This document shows positions 50,185 to 62,512 of a stretch of DNA of 64,000 bases, in pieces (positions within the stretch are counted from its first letter, which is position 1; each line of letters starts with the position of its first letter). The stretch covers positions 9,599,918 through 9,663,917 of the forward strand of contig CM082595.2 of the NCBI GenBank assembly GCA_040954595.2. The letters run 5' to 3'. The translations under genes and the position numbers were made by a program. Below the pieces are notes generated by a model that was given only the letters and a program-made list of their open reading frames with translations, was not told the DNA's origin and ran no database searches. Source of the DNA: Balanoglossus misakiensis (Eukaryota > Animalia > Hemichordata).

Positions 50185-50563
50185 CCAATATAGGACTACG
50201 GGTATGATAAATGGAGTTGAGACGCCCATATTCGTAGATAGTGGTTCACAAATTACCATAGTCAGAAGTGATCTACCAGCCATAAACGGGTTGCCACTGT
50301 ATCCTGTGAATATTCAGCCAGAAGCAGTTAATGGTACACCCGTATGCTTTGATGGCCAGGTGCAAGTCGATCTTACTGTTCAAAATTTTGTCATTGGTCC
50401 AACATGGGTGTATGTAATGTCTCCAAAGCTCATGCGCAATGAATTCTTGATGGGAACGGATGTTATGGAAAAACTGGGAAGCATGGAAGTTGATTTTGTA
50501 AAGAAAACTGTGACTTTCAAAGGACTGACACAACCTAATACTTACCTCAGCAAACCTGTAAAT
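50185..50563 (+). pseudogene. Aspartic protease of the nested element
   Basis: GMINGVETPIFVDSGSQITIV..FLMGTDVM. Confidence 0.85.
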
Positions 50564-50673
50564 AACAAGATGGCGTTCCCTCTCCAAAACGAGGCTACCC
50601 ACCTCCCACCTCTTGACACAGAGGGCGCCATTCACAAAAGTACTCAAATGTCTCATAACTTCCCCCCCTTCCC

Positions 50674-51480
50674 AAAGGAAATCGCTACATTGTAACCATA
50701 AATGATGGCTTTAGTAAATTTGTTGTAGCTAAAGCAGTACCCAATCAAGAAAGTTCTACCATAGCAGAAATATTCATCAATGATTGGTGTTTGTTGTTTG
50801 GTCCACCAGAGACATTACACAGTGATCAGGGACGAAATTTCGAAAGTAATCTCCTGTCTGAGGTGTGCAGAATGTTCAACACATCAAAAACAAGAACATC
50901 AAGTTACCACCCATCTGGAAATGGACAAACAGAACATTTCAACCTTACTTTGGCTGACATGTTAAAGAACTATGTTAACGAGTGTCAAGACAATTGGGAT
51001 GACCATCTACCAAAAGTCATCCACACCTATAACACGAGTGAACATGATGCTACCGGGCATACACCGTATTTCTTACTGTACGGTCAGGAGGTTAGAACTG
51101 CATTGCAGCCAGTACCCACAGACACAGTCAATTCAAGAGGTTTGTGTACAGCCCGGGACAGGGTCAAAGATCATTTTGACAAACTCACCAAGGCCAGAAA
51201 ACTGGTGTATGATAGACTGGCTAAATTGAGAGACAGACGTTGTGAGAAGTCAAAGATAAACAGCCGATTCTGCAAATACAATGTTGGTGACAAAGTTATG
51301 GTTGCTAACAATGCCAGAAGGAAGGGACGTTCACCTAAACTCAGTGCCCGATGGAATGGTCCTTACATCGTCGTCAAGGTAATCAGCGATGTGTTGTACA
51401 GGATAAGCCAGGGGGGGGGGGGGGCGGAGAAGGAAAGTGATACATCATGATCAACTTCGTCCATACAGAGAGAGGCCAGG
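50674..51480 (+). pseudogene. Integrase core/C-terminus of the nested element (N-terminus and RT/RH missing)
   Basis: LHSDQGRNFES, SSYHPSGNGQTE, TGHTPYFLLYG, KLSARWNGPY; frameshift in the G-run at ~51411-51425. Confidence 0.85.
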
Positions 51481-52039
51481 ACATTTATACAGTAAGACGA
51501 GTGAGCAGACAATTGATGCTGGTTCGCCTTTGCGAGATCCAGAGGTGTCAACTAATGGTAATGACCAACCGTCAGTTGCCGATAGTAGTGATTCCGATTC
51601 CGATTCTGAGGATGGGGATCTTTTGGGAAGTTCACGTATAGGAAATATACCAACCCAGGGGAGTGTGTTACCCACCCAGGGGAGTGTGGTACCAGACCGT
51701 CAGACGGAAATGGAGCCGACTGGAAATGAAGGGATGGATGCTGCAGGGTCAGGGAGCCAGCAGACTGATGGCAACCATGGTGCAGAATCTAATTTGCGTC
51801 GTTCTACCAGAGTGCGCCGTATTCCACGTCGGTTGCAGGATTATGTACTCACGGAACAGATATCGGACTAAAACTGTCTTTGTTGACTGTCGACTACTGT
51901 GTATGAAAAAAATGCATTGATTGTTAAACATTATTTATTTATTTATTTTATTTAATTATTTGCAACAGGCATGGAACACTTGGACTCTTGAATTTATTCT
52001 TGTCACATGTGGACATGTGCAGGGAAGGGGGGGAAGTTA

Positions 52040-52213
52040 TGAGACATTTGAGTACTTTTGTGAATGGCGCCCTCTGTGTCAAGAGGTGGGAGGTGGGTAG
52101 CCTCGTTTTGGAGAGGGAACGCCATCTTGTTTTTGGTGTGTGATTGTAGATGTCGAGCATGGTCTGATGTGAATAAAGAGTCCATTGAAATACAGTTGTG
52201 TGTAGACGTTTCA
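52040..52213 (+). repeat. 3' LTR of the nested element
   Basis: Identical to 48543-48716 and preceded by the PPT. Confidence 0.95.
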
Positions 52214-53110
52214 ACAATTTCTGCAATAATCAGCAACGCTCTTTCTAATTTTTGGCCAATAGAAATGTCGAGTAATTTTCCACATAGTCTTGGAAACACC
52301 CAAGTGTCCACCCATTGGACCCTCATGGGCCAATCCCAAAATCTGAGATCGATAACTTTCAGGAACAACAATTTGGTACAATACCGACCATTCATTCGAC
52401 GCAGGCTCAGTGGGAGGACGCCATTTTCTCATCAGTACTCCCTGATTCACAAAGTAACCCCTTGGAACCTTTTTCAACTCATCGACAGACAAAACCACTT
52501 CAAACAGTGGAGCAAGATCGGAATCTTTACTCTGTTCTGATATCAATTTCTCACGAGACAGCGACATTTTCGAATCAACTTTATCGACTGACGTTTTCGA
52601 AACATTATCATCAACTTTCAATAAACTTTCATCGTCTACAACATTCGAAATCAACTTTCCCATAAAAGTCTCAGACAAATCAAGATCATCAGACATCGAT
52701 TCTAAATTATGCGCTTCTTTGTTCATGTGCTTGACCTGAGAACGTGTTACGGCACAAGCAGGAAAAATACCGGGAATGTCATTCTCCAGCTTTTCGGTTT
52801 CGGCAGACGTAACTGGACCAAACACCACTTTAGGATCAGCAATGACCCGACCTCCGGCCAAATCATTGCCTAGCAACAAAGATATACCTTTAATCGGCAA
52901 TGACGGTCGAATCCCCACCACTACAGGACCAGACACCAAACTTGAATCAAGGACTACTCGATGAAGAGGTACCGTAAGGAAATTTCCCTCAATACCTTGT
53001 ATAATAACTTGCTCCCCAGTATCCGTCCCAGAATCAACAGGCAAAATTCCTTCTAACAGCAAAGACTGGGTTGCACCTGTGTCCCGCAAGATCCGAATGG
53101 GCATAGGTTT
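52214..53110 (-). pseudogene. pol: pol: protease and integrase N-terminal zinc-binding region of the Gmr1-like element
   Basis: PIRILRDTGATQSLL, LLLGNDLAG, AVTRSQ, LAHEGPMGGHLGV..HFYWP..YCRNC. Confidence 0.9.
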
Positions 53111-54515
53111 TCCCCCCAACAAATGACACAAACCCATCTGTAACAAAGGGCTGAAATTCCTTTCTAATTACGGGTTTTCTAATTTCATCAATACGACTTG
53201 ATAAAGCTTCCGAAACAACTTTTGGACAAGCAGACACAAAAGCATTAGGCGACGCTACATTTTGCTGTGCCCGTTTCAAAAGCAAACATTCATTTCTTGT
53301 GTGTCCCCTCTTTTGGCAATATGAACACTGAGGAAACGTAGGACATGACGACATTACGTGCCCCGGTTTCTTACAATAATGGCATATGGGAGGGCTCGAG
53401 CCAATTCTCAATTTATTCTGATGATTAAAATTTGATCCACTTGTACGATTTACCTGAATGGGAGGTTTTGAATAATTTGGTTTATACCCTCCAGCATTGG
53501 CGACAGTCGCTGACGCTGTTGCCCTACCCGGTCCATGGTCTTTACCTCTGTAAGAAGAAAGTTTATGTGTCAATGCAAAATCATCAGACATTGTGGCAGC
53601 TTTATGCAATGACTCAATATCTCTTTCATCTAAATATGTTTTGATTTCATCATGCACGCAACTCTTAAATTCTTCAATCAAAATTAACTGTTTCAATTTA
53701 TCAAAATCGTTTCCAACATCTTTAGCACGGCACCATCGGTCAAAATACATCTCTTTCAAATGGGCAAATTCAACATGAGTACGACTCGACTTCTGCAAAT
53801 TTCTAAATTTCTGTCGATATGCCTCCGGCACCAACTCATACGCTTTCAAAATAGCAGTTTTAACTGCCTCATAATCGACATACTCATCAGGGGACAAATT
53901 CGAGTATGCTTCTTGAGCTTTACCTCTCAAAACACTTTGCAACAACAAAGGCCACTTATCCTTAGGCCATTTCAAACTATTGGCGACACGCTCAAAATGT
54001 TGGAAATATTTATCTATATCATCCTCATTAAATTGAGGTACTAAGCGTATCTGTTTTCCCAAATCAAAATAACTCTCTTCATTTCTTACATCTGGTCGAA
54101 GACCCATTGACTCTCTCTCAAGATTATTTCTCATTTCCATTTCTTTTATTTTCATCTTTTCCGCAGTTTCAATTTCTTTTACTCTAATTTCGAATTCTTT
54201 TAATTTCAATTTTTCCTGCATTTCAATTTCTTTTAATTTCAATTTCTCCTTCAATTCAAATTCCATTTTTAATTCCATCAGACGCAAATCAGCATTTGTC
54301 GACTTTTCTTCAATTTCAGGATACTGAATTAAAGCATCTAGTGGCAATTTATCCTCATCGACCAGAAATGCAACAATGATACGCTTAATTTCATCTTTAC
54401 GCATGGAAGTTTTCACGCTGAGCTCAAGTTTGTTTGCAATCTCAATTAAATCCACCTTTTTACATGCTTCCAATCCGGCAAGGGATGGTGACTCAATAAA
54501 TTCTGCGATATCCAT
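53034..54515 (-). CDS. gag: gag of the Gmr1-like element (coiled coil, capsid/SCAN-like region, two CCHC knuckles); frameshifted from pol near 53110
   Basis: MDIAEF start, YFQHFERVA..WPKDKW..LRGKAQEAY..AYELVPEAYRQKFR, CHYCKKPGHVMSSC, CSYCQKRGHTRNEC. Confidence 0.92.
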   Translation of the reverse strand: MDIAEFIESPSLAGLEACKKVDLIEIANKLELSVKTSMRKDEIKRIIVAFLVDEDKLPLDALIQYPEIEEKSTNADLRLMELKMEFELKEKLKLKEIEMQEKLKLKEFEIRVKEIETAEKMKIKEMEMRNNLERESMGLRPDVRNEESYFDLGKQIRLVPQFNEDDIDKYFQHFERVANSLKWPKDKWPLLLQSVLRGKAQEAYSNLSPDEYVDYEAVKTAILKAYELVPEAYRQKFRNLQKSSRTHVEFAHLKEMYFDRWCRAKDVGNDFDKLKQLILIEEFKSCVHDEIKTYLDERDIESLHKAATMSDDFALTHKLSSYRGKDHGPGRATASATVANAGGYKPNYSKPPIQVNRTSGSNFNHQNKLRIGSSPPICHYCKKPGHVMSSCPTFPQCSYCQKRGHTRNECLLLKRAQQNVASPNAFVSACPKVVSEALSSRIDEIRKPVIRKEFQPFVTDGFVSFVGGKTYAHSDLAGHRCNPVFAVRRNFAC

Positions 54516-54589
54516 GTTTCTTCTATATTTATACTCAAAAATAAATCTATACCACAATCTATACTACGTAACTAATACTACGGTTAAAA

Positions 54590-54607
54590 CTCCCGGACGA
54601 GCCCCCA
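54590..54607 (-). other. Primer-binding site, tRNA-Pro
   Basis: Minus strand TGGGGGCTCGTCCGGGAG directly after the 5' LTR; 17/18 match to the canonical tRNA-Pro PBS. Confidence 0.9.
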
Positions 54608-55341
54608 TGTCACGCATCGACGGCTATACGTGAACTAGACAAATCGAATCGAACGATCAAATCTACGAAAATATATTCCACCTGGGGATTTAATTACTAA
54701 TCATGAAAATATTACCCGTACATCAAAATACCATATACAGACATGACAATCAAAACGCCACGTGGTCAAACTTATGAAAATAATCCGTTACAATCTTAAC
54801 TTATCTTAACTTAACTTAAATCTAATAAATAAAGTCCGACAAACATCGTCCTCGTTGGCATGCATGTGGAGTCTGGTAATTCATCCAGGTCTTCCTCCTG
54901 TCCGACTTGACCGCGACGCAGATACTCTTCGTGCACTTGCCAAAGTACACCGAGACGTCACCGCACATTCATTCCACACCAGCAATGTCCATTGACAGAT
55001 CAAAGTTCCGTACGGCTAAACGCCCAATTTCAGAACATCTCGACATCAATTCAGTGTAGTGTGCTGGGTTATTAAAATATACCACAGGTTGAGATGAAAA
55101 GTGATAGTCAAAACTCACATGGTTGGAGGATGTCTATGGATCCAAAATCATACACGTCAAACGCTATGGCTGCCATCCTATCAAATCCCCTAGGAAGTAG
55201 TCAGACCAGGTGGTCCTCAAGACTCCCCAAGCTACTAAAACACACGTATTCAATATACTAAATCTCACCACCGAGGGCGTAAACTCTAGAGAGACAATTA
55301 CAAGTACATACAATTATGCTATATCACAGAATATCGTCACA
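54608..55341 (-). repeat. 5' LTR of the Gmr1-like element
   Basis: Matches 45177-45910. Confidence 0.97.
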
Positions 55342-56034
55342 CGTAAGACACACATCCCTAACACGCGAAGCCAGCTTATCCTTTGATCAAATGGCAGCGC
55401 TATTCTAAATATTTTACAGCATGCCCTAAAGGACAAACACGTGCCGCTGGAAGAGGCCAACACTCAGCAGAGACGGCAAGATGTTAACAGAGATGAGCCC
55501 CAACAATAAATTAATATTGTTCCTTTTATTTAGAAAACGCCGCATAATTAGCCAACCAATCATGGTTATGAGAAACCTCCAAAATACAATGTATCGATAT
55601 TTACTGCATCTGTTCATACTTCGCCCGCGCTTTAAAAACCCTATAGCTGCTAAAATTGGCATATTTTTTTCCAGAGTACAATACTTCATATGTATATTCC
55701 CTATTCCCTAAAATCTTCACCCGTGACCATTGAGCCATATTACTTGCATTTGCATTGGTTTGTCATAACTTGGCGTCGCATTTCACGATAGCTGCTTAGC
55801 TGCTATTGTTTGTATGAAGGCTGATTAAATCGGTGAGGCACCGTTTTAATACATAGCATGTTCCAATTGCAACATGCAGTCACAATCGGGCATCGATAAG
55901 ATGTTTATGTATACCTATCAGTAAGCTTATTTTGATGAACCAATTTAAGTTGGAAAATAAAATCATGAAAATAATGCTAAAAGTGGCAGCTTTGGAGGCT
56001 TTAAACTACAGTTCTCCCAAATTGTCTTGACTAA

Positions 56035-56185
56035 ATGACATACATGTGGTCAAAAGTTCTGACTCCAGAAGAGGTTGCAGCTGTGGCGGGGGACTGTTCA
56101 ATTGGAGGAAATATATTTACATGGAATAAAGACAATATTGAAATGGCAGCAGAAATAGTTCCTACTGAAAAGAATGCTATCTGCA
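56035..56185 (+). pseudogene. Pentraxin/LamG-like domain C-terminal exon fragment
   Basis: YMWSKVLTPEEVAAVAGDCSIGGNIFTW fits the pentraxin W-x-x-x-L..C..GN..W pattern. Donor TGCA|GTGAGT. The upstream part of the domain is absent. Confidence 0.6.
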
Positions 56186-57080
56186 GTGAGTATCACAACT
56201 TTAAAATGAAAGATTTTGCAAATTTAAAAAAAATACTGAGTGTTTTGACATGCGTCAGTGGTCAGTAACACACAAGCTGCATGATAAGAGGGTCACGAGA
56301 AATTGTAAGCCGCAATGTATAATGGATTAACTCCATGACCTATGCGACCTACGAACTGTGACGTACAGAATTTATTTCTACGTGTAATGCGGTCTGCGGC
56401 AGTGAGCCACAGACCGCATTGCGAGAGCAGTGAGAATTCACCACAATGCAAACTTTCTGAACGTAGGTTGATCTTCGAATGAAATATTACCTTGTCACCA
56501 GTTTTCCACATGGCTACACTGTAAAATTGGGTGACGTGTTCGTTCACAAGTGGAATAATTGTGAGTAGTAAAGCACGCGAAGTTAAGCAACGAGCACGTT
56601 TTGAAATGCGCGCAGATGATCCCAGTTTAGCAAATTCAGGCCATTGCGTGCATGCAAAATAAAATAATACTGTACCGGGGGTGAGCCTACTTTCTTTCCA
56701 TACAGATACACGTATATGTTGGTTAAGGTATGTGACAAACAGTTTTCATGTAACAGCCAGTGATGCTGACCATAAAACCAGCGCAGCTGATGCTTTCATC
56801 TACAATTTGCAACATGGACGTTTGTGTCTCTGCATGTGTCGTGCATGTTACTGCTGAACAAAAAAGATATGCGGGCACCACAGGCTGGCGAAAGCGGTGC
56901 TCACGTGCTCTGCAAGCTGATGTTGTCACTAAATTGGCAAAGTATTGTACACATGGAGGAGTTTCTTGAGCTGTCTGTTGTATAAATGTCGGTTGTGAGT
57001 ACATTATTTTTTATTTTATTTTAATAATTTTCAAAGCCCCTATGATTGAAGCATATTATTACGACTCATCCGTTCATCAT

Positions 57081-57147
57081 TCATTCATTCATTCATTCAT
57101 TCATTCATTCATTCATTCATTCATTCATTCATTCATTCATCCATTCA
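57081..57147. repeat. (TTCA)n microsatellite
   Basis: Read directly from the sequence. Confidence 0.95.
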
Positions 57148-57235
57148 GTCAGTCACTGTACCAATTGAAGACGCCCTTGTATAGGAGAATTTAGCTATGT
57201 ACTGACTGTCTTTTCATTTTTTCTTCATCCAATAG

Positions 57236-57279
57236 AATCTACCGACCTGGTCGCTGTCAATAACAATTCAACTCCTTAA
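57236..57279 (+). pseudogene. Possible terminal exon of the pentraxin-like gene
   Basis: Strong pyrimidine tract and TAG acceptor. Phase-compatible with the 56185 donor, giving KSTDLVAVNNNSTP-stop. Confidence 0.35.
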
Positions 57280-59647
57280 ACATCCTGTGTGTGTGAAGTC
57301 TATGAACACTGGCCATGCATTTCAATTCAAGGACAAAATGAATGCGCAATATTTCGTTTTATCGAGAGTAATGTGCAGTGATTAAATTTGCTAGGGCTCT
57401 CTTAGCAGATTTGGAGTTAGTCATTTTGGTAGAAACTTTTCGAGATGGGAAATCTTTGGTCATCTAACCAAGTTATTTGTATTTTTGTTATATAAGACAG
57501 AGTCATTTCTATATCATAGATGCAAGTTTAATTTATAACATGAATTTGAATAAAATATTTTTTTTAAATATCACCACATGAATTTGAATAAAATATTTTT
57601 TTTAAATATCACCAGATTGAAATCTTTGGAAGTTTGCACTTAGAGGGATGGCATGGCAGTTTTCCACTGTTCATATTACAAAGAATTTGGCGTCACGTGT
57701 AGATTTCATGAGTGTTCGAGTTTTGCTCTTCCCAGCCTCGTATCCACAATCCTCTGATACTTACACTTACGTCAGTTCTATAGCCGCTGACCCACTAGAT
57801 TCTCCTTATGAATTGCCCAAATTATTTTTTGGTATAGTTTTGATAGTTAGTGCACGGAAACTTTTGATCGATTCACGAAATTCAAAATATGTTACATCAC
57901 AAACCTCATAAAAAGGAGGCTAGAGTAGCCTGTTTGTTTTCAGGTAATTTTACAATAACCTCAATTACCTTTTTTCGAGGGAGGGGGTTAAGAAAACATA
58001 CAGATTGAAATAACAAGGAAGTGGTATATCAAACCGAAACCTTATCTCAATCGTGATTCTAGAGTGTTTCCATGTCATGTGACATCCACAAAAATGTGGT
58101 ATTATCTTGAAAAGAGTCCCGATTTCCCAAACTGGTTTTGCGAATGTACTTCACTTTGGAGCAATGCATGAGTACATTCGTAGAAAGATATTGCTCCACT
58201 ATTTACTGACACTCCTCTTGTACTGCAAATATTACTGCATTCTGTCAGGGCAAGACAAAAGACACAGCAGAACTGCCAGAATTAAAACAGACAACTGGCA
58301 ATTTCAATAAAACATGTAATAACAAATATATGTAACATTGAATGAGGTGTCCATACAGCTTGGTCATTTAAAGACCTCCAGTCATTGCGACAATGCATAA
58401 ATATTTATGTACACCATATTAAAAATTAGTTCAGGCATACCTTATACATGTATGTTTTTGACTGACCATATCCTCAGCACGCCCTTTTTTTTCAAAAAGA
58501 CTATCATTATTCTCTGCCAGGCAGAGAGTTGCCGCTTTCTTGTTAACAATAATATACTATTATAACATTGCATAGATTCCTGTTTGTTTCTGTCCATATC
58601 TCACAAACTGTGGTGTGCATACTGTTGAAATGACCTCAAGAAGAAAATGCCAAATGGAAAAATATTTGACATACTAACCTGTATGATAATGTTATACGGT
58701 ACAAAATATTTAACGGTTCCAATCCAATGTTGAGAACTAACAAAACAATTTGAGCAGAATTCATTTAAAATTAATTGCAGTTCCGTTTCACCGCATTTCA
58801 TAGGATGCTGGCTAAAATTCATACTATGGTGGATTACCTGTTATGCATTTCTTTCCCTATTTCGTCTGGCAGATTTGAGTTTGACAAGCTGTCATTTTCC
58901 TTTCAGCTCCGCAAAATTGATGGATTTACTTTGACAGCACACAGACTGTCCATTTGTCATCGGAGATACAAGCAGCATCAGTTGCTGAACAGCTTGCAGC
59001 AGTGTTGGAAAAGAGTACACAACACTAACTTGCAAGAGTGCTTTGGCCCTTTCTTCACACTGTCCGAAACTTGTTGTGTTACATCATTGCATAATGAATA
59101 AGAAATACACAGGTATTTAGCGTTCTATTCAATACCTACAATAGATAAAAGGGTGTCGGTCTGTATGCGACAATCTTCAATGTTCTTATGAGCACAAGGC
59201 TTTATTCAGGGAACGTTTTACAGTAAGAATTATATGATATAAACTGAATAAGTTTGTTGTCTGTCAACTCTTCTGTCTTTGTCTTACCGATACGGTTCTA
59301 ACCGCAAACACTGAGGCTTCTCTGCTCGTACACAGTATAAATCAATGGATGATAAAATGCGCCCTCTTTTGGTGAACTCTTCCTACCGCCCGACCTTCTA
59401 CCTTACATTAAGGCATGTAGGGCGGTCAGGTAGATGGCAGTGTATTGCAAGCGTCTCTTGCATATTTTTTTCCGCCAGGAATGGCATACATTCGTTTTTG
59501 GCGACACCACAACTGCTGGAACTTCTCGAAAAATTGAGAGCCGGATTTCATAAATGCTCATGTTTTCCGAAGGGCTGAAAGAAGATCCAGAGTGGAATAT
59601 TTAAATTTGCCTGTGGCAGACATCATAGTGGCTGCCAGTTATTATAT

Positions 59648-59810
59648 TTCTTGTGCAAGAGATAGTATCTTGTTCCAGCGAGATGTTTTCTCGTGTGCAC
59701 GAGAAACATGCTATCTCGTGCATATCTCGTGCGCACGAGAAAATTGCGAGCGCACTCGTGTTCACGAGAAAATATCACATGCACACGTAAGTCGTGCGCA
59801 CGAGATAAAA
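59648..59810. repeat. Array of palindromic TCTCGTGCGCACGAGA-type units
   Basis: About 6-7 variants, e.g. TCTCGTGTGCACGAGA (~59689), TCTCGTGCGCACGAGA (~59725) and GTCGTGCGCACGAGA (~59791). Confidence 0.75.
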
Positions 59811-62512
59811 AAATGTGCCCTGTAGTCTTTCTTAGGACATGGTAGCGTGACGTCGCATTGTAATTAACGGACGATCTTGGAAATTCGGCTATTAATGGTG
59901 AATGGACTTTCGCCTCCTTCGAACAACAACAGAGACTGACGTCGCAACAATGACAGAAAAAGTGAAGCAAATGGCCGACAAAACGAAGAGAATCGGAAAA
60001 CGGGCAGGATCCTCGGCACAGACATCTGGGAATAATACCACCACATCAAATAGAACGACGAGTAGTGCAGGACAAACCGCCACCAGTGACTATGACAACA
60101 AGTCTGAAGGCGATGCTGGCGAACCCTTGCACAATACAACTACAGTCCTACAGAGAAATGCAGCCCAGCGCCACTCAAGATTTTCCATTCCTGGTCTGGC
60201 AGCAGCCAAAATATGTTGTTGTTTTTTCTCTTAGAAGCGACCTCAGTCTGAGCTGCATGAGAATAAACTGTAGGTTGGGAATACAACAAAAAAACACGCA
60301 GTCGCTGCGGTCAACACGTAGCTATTAGTTTCGGTTTTATGTTCGCTACAGCTCGGAAACCAAAATGTGGTACAACTTCAAGCTACATAAACTGGAAAGC
60401 ATAGTACGTGCAGAGCAGACCATGGAGACGAAAGCAGGTATTCTAGGTCGTAAGATAAAAACACGGCGCTAGAAAAACAGTCATCAAAAGTTGCACGTGT
60501 TCCCCGGCCAAAAATAATGTAATTGTTGGCGCACAGAAAGTCCAGTCGATAAACGTTTACGCTATAGAAACTCACTCTCTCAGCAAAAGTCTGACACCCT
60601 CGTCAATGACAAAACGCAAACCGAGCTGGGTATGATCAAGTCAAACATAGGGCCAATCCCCACTCTGTGTTTTATTATTTTCCACATACGATGGTTCTAA
60701 ATAAAAATGTACCTATTTGAAATGCTTACCGAGGTAAGATCATTGAAAGTTTTCAAACGTTGATGACAAATGTATAACTGATTTTTTACAAATGAATAAT
60801 CGCGCACTTGCATGTTATTTTCTCTATACCAGACACCGCGCGCGCGCCGTTGGCAAAAAAAAAACGCGGAAAATTATTGAGCATGCGCAGTCGATGCTTC
60901 ACATTGTAAACAAGATGGCGTCGCTGCCTATGCTTCTCGATCGCTGTCGCCTGACTATGTCGGCAAAGAAGAGACGAATTTAACCATGCAACGCCATATC
61001 GGAAGACAGAATGATCGCGAGATGAAACCGGGCTATCCAACGATTAGGCAGCCATGTTGACTGATTGGTATGTCGCCGAAGTAATTATTTGCCATTGATT
61101 TGTTTACCAGAAACGGTTTGCCTTTGGAACACATTTGGCCTCACCGAAATTGATTTCAGAGGTTTTTTCCCAAAAACTAATGACGTTCGTTTTCACCTGA
61201 GTGCGAGGATGGATTGAAGGGACACAAGCTTTTGTAGCCACCAATATTTTGACACTCTTTATATCAATGTTGAGCTGGCATATTTGCTCCAATATGATGT
61301 AGTGTACCTGTTGCATTGAAATGAAGCTGTAATAATATTACAGTGCAATCTAGTCCTTTGGGTTAATAGGAAAACGAGGTCAATAAATGACAGGTTTATT
61401 TAAATACAGGATATATTTATCACAAGCACTTATGCATATGTATGAGATACTTATTTATTTTTAATTTATTTTTTATTTTTTATTTATTTTGTACGTTCAG
61501 GTAATCATATGGATTTGTATGGAATCACATACACATTAATTGAAGACTATCATATCACAGAAGTCGAGCCGCCAGATGTGTAAGGTAACCATTTAGGTTT
61601 CATGACTAAGTTTGTTTAAGAATTCATAAAGCTACCCAATGAATGAATTTCCTTAAAATTTCACAAATGTGACAGAGTTTGCAGTTGTGCAAGAAAGTGT
61701 GTATTATTCACATAAGAATTGTTTCGTATCCATTTTTCTGATGGCAATGCATTTGACTGTAAACAAATATGGATGTCAGTTAGTAGTGCTATTTTGTCAG
61801 TGAAATGGCTTCATCATCATCCCTCCAACCAAAGTTGAAACAGAGTTGCAAATATTGCACAGCTTGAAATCATAAAATGTTGCAAAATTGAACCAACCCT
61901 TTGGTCAACGATTATGTTCTTACAGCTATTATTAGAACCAGACAGTCTCAGGGAACAAGAGACATGGGCCTGATTTGCAAGTTGAGTTAGAACTGCCTTT
62001 GCCTGCCCACGGACGCCCCAATTTCAGCAAAAATTATTGCATTAAAATATGAGTATGGAGAACTATGCTCTGTGTTTCTTTTGTTAGCTTACATAGCTGT
62101 TGTCATTCTAGTTTTTCCTCCGTCCTGTGAGCAGAGTTTCAGTTGCGAAAACCGACAGTTCTCAAAGTACAAAAGTACACCTAAATTGCCTCGGTGATGA
62201 GCATGCAGAATTTATCTGATGCTTCTTACTGGCAGAAGGACCCCACCAGTTGCAGATTGTGAATTCCATGGCACAAGGGAATTTACGCTTTGCGTTCAAA
62301 TATAAATAATTAAATCCTGTAAAATTATTCTATATGTTATTTATTGATGATTCAAAAGTGTTTTGACTGATTGTGTTAGAGTACCTGTATTCCATATAAG
62401 CATGCTGTCAGTGCACATCCGATTGATAACAATTTCACATTTTTAAAAATTTGCTTCTCTGAATAATTATGAATACATAAAACTTCATATGATATAAATT
62501 GATAAACATTAA

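Larger units (their letters stand above)
48543..52213 (+). mobile_element. Nested, internally rearranged, RT-less Ty3/Gypsy element (3.67 kb) inserted antisense in the Gmr1 integrase HHCC motif
   Basis: Identical 174-bp LTRs (48543-48716, 52040-52213), ACAA TSD (48539-48542, 52214-52217), PBS TGGTGGCAGCGGTG (48718-48731, tRNA-Leu type) and PPT 52021-52039. Removal restores the host ..CRNC|HVCQ.. reading. Confidence 0.95.
45177..55341 (-). mobile_element. Gmr1-like Ty3/Gypsy LTR retrotransposon (gag-PR-IN-RT-RH)
   Basis: Two 734-bp LTRs identical by eye with TGT..ACA ends, tRNA-Pro PBS, PPT GGAAGGGGGG (45911-45920), flanks CGTC/CGTA (imperfect 4-bp TSD), and integrase upstream of RT. Confidence 0.95.

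Noticed and set aside
50564-50673. Integrase-mediated autointegration as the cause of the inversion
   Set aside because: Neither junction lies at an LTR terminus; the piece spans the PPT-LTR border and ends mid-LTR.
53100-53125. Programmed -1 frameshift at GGGGGGAAAAC between gag and pol
   Set aside because: The shift required is +1; a single extra base in a homopolymer run explains it more simply.
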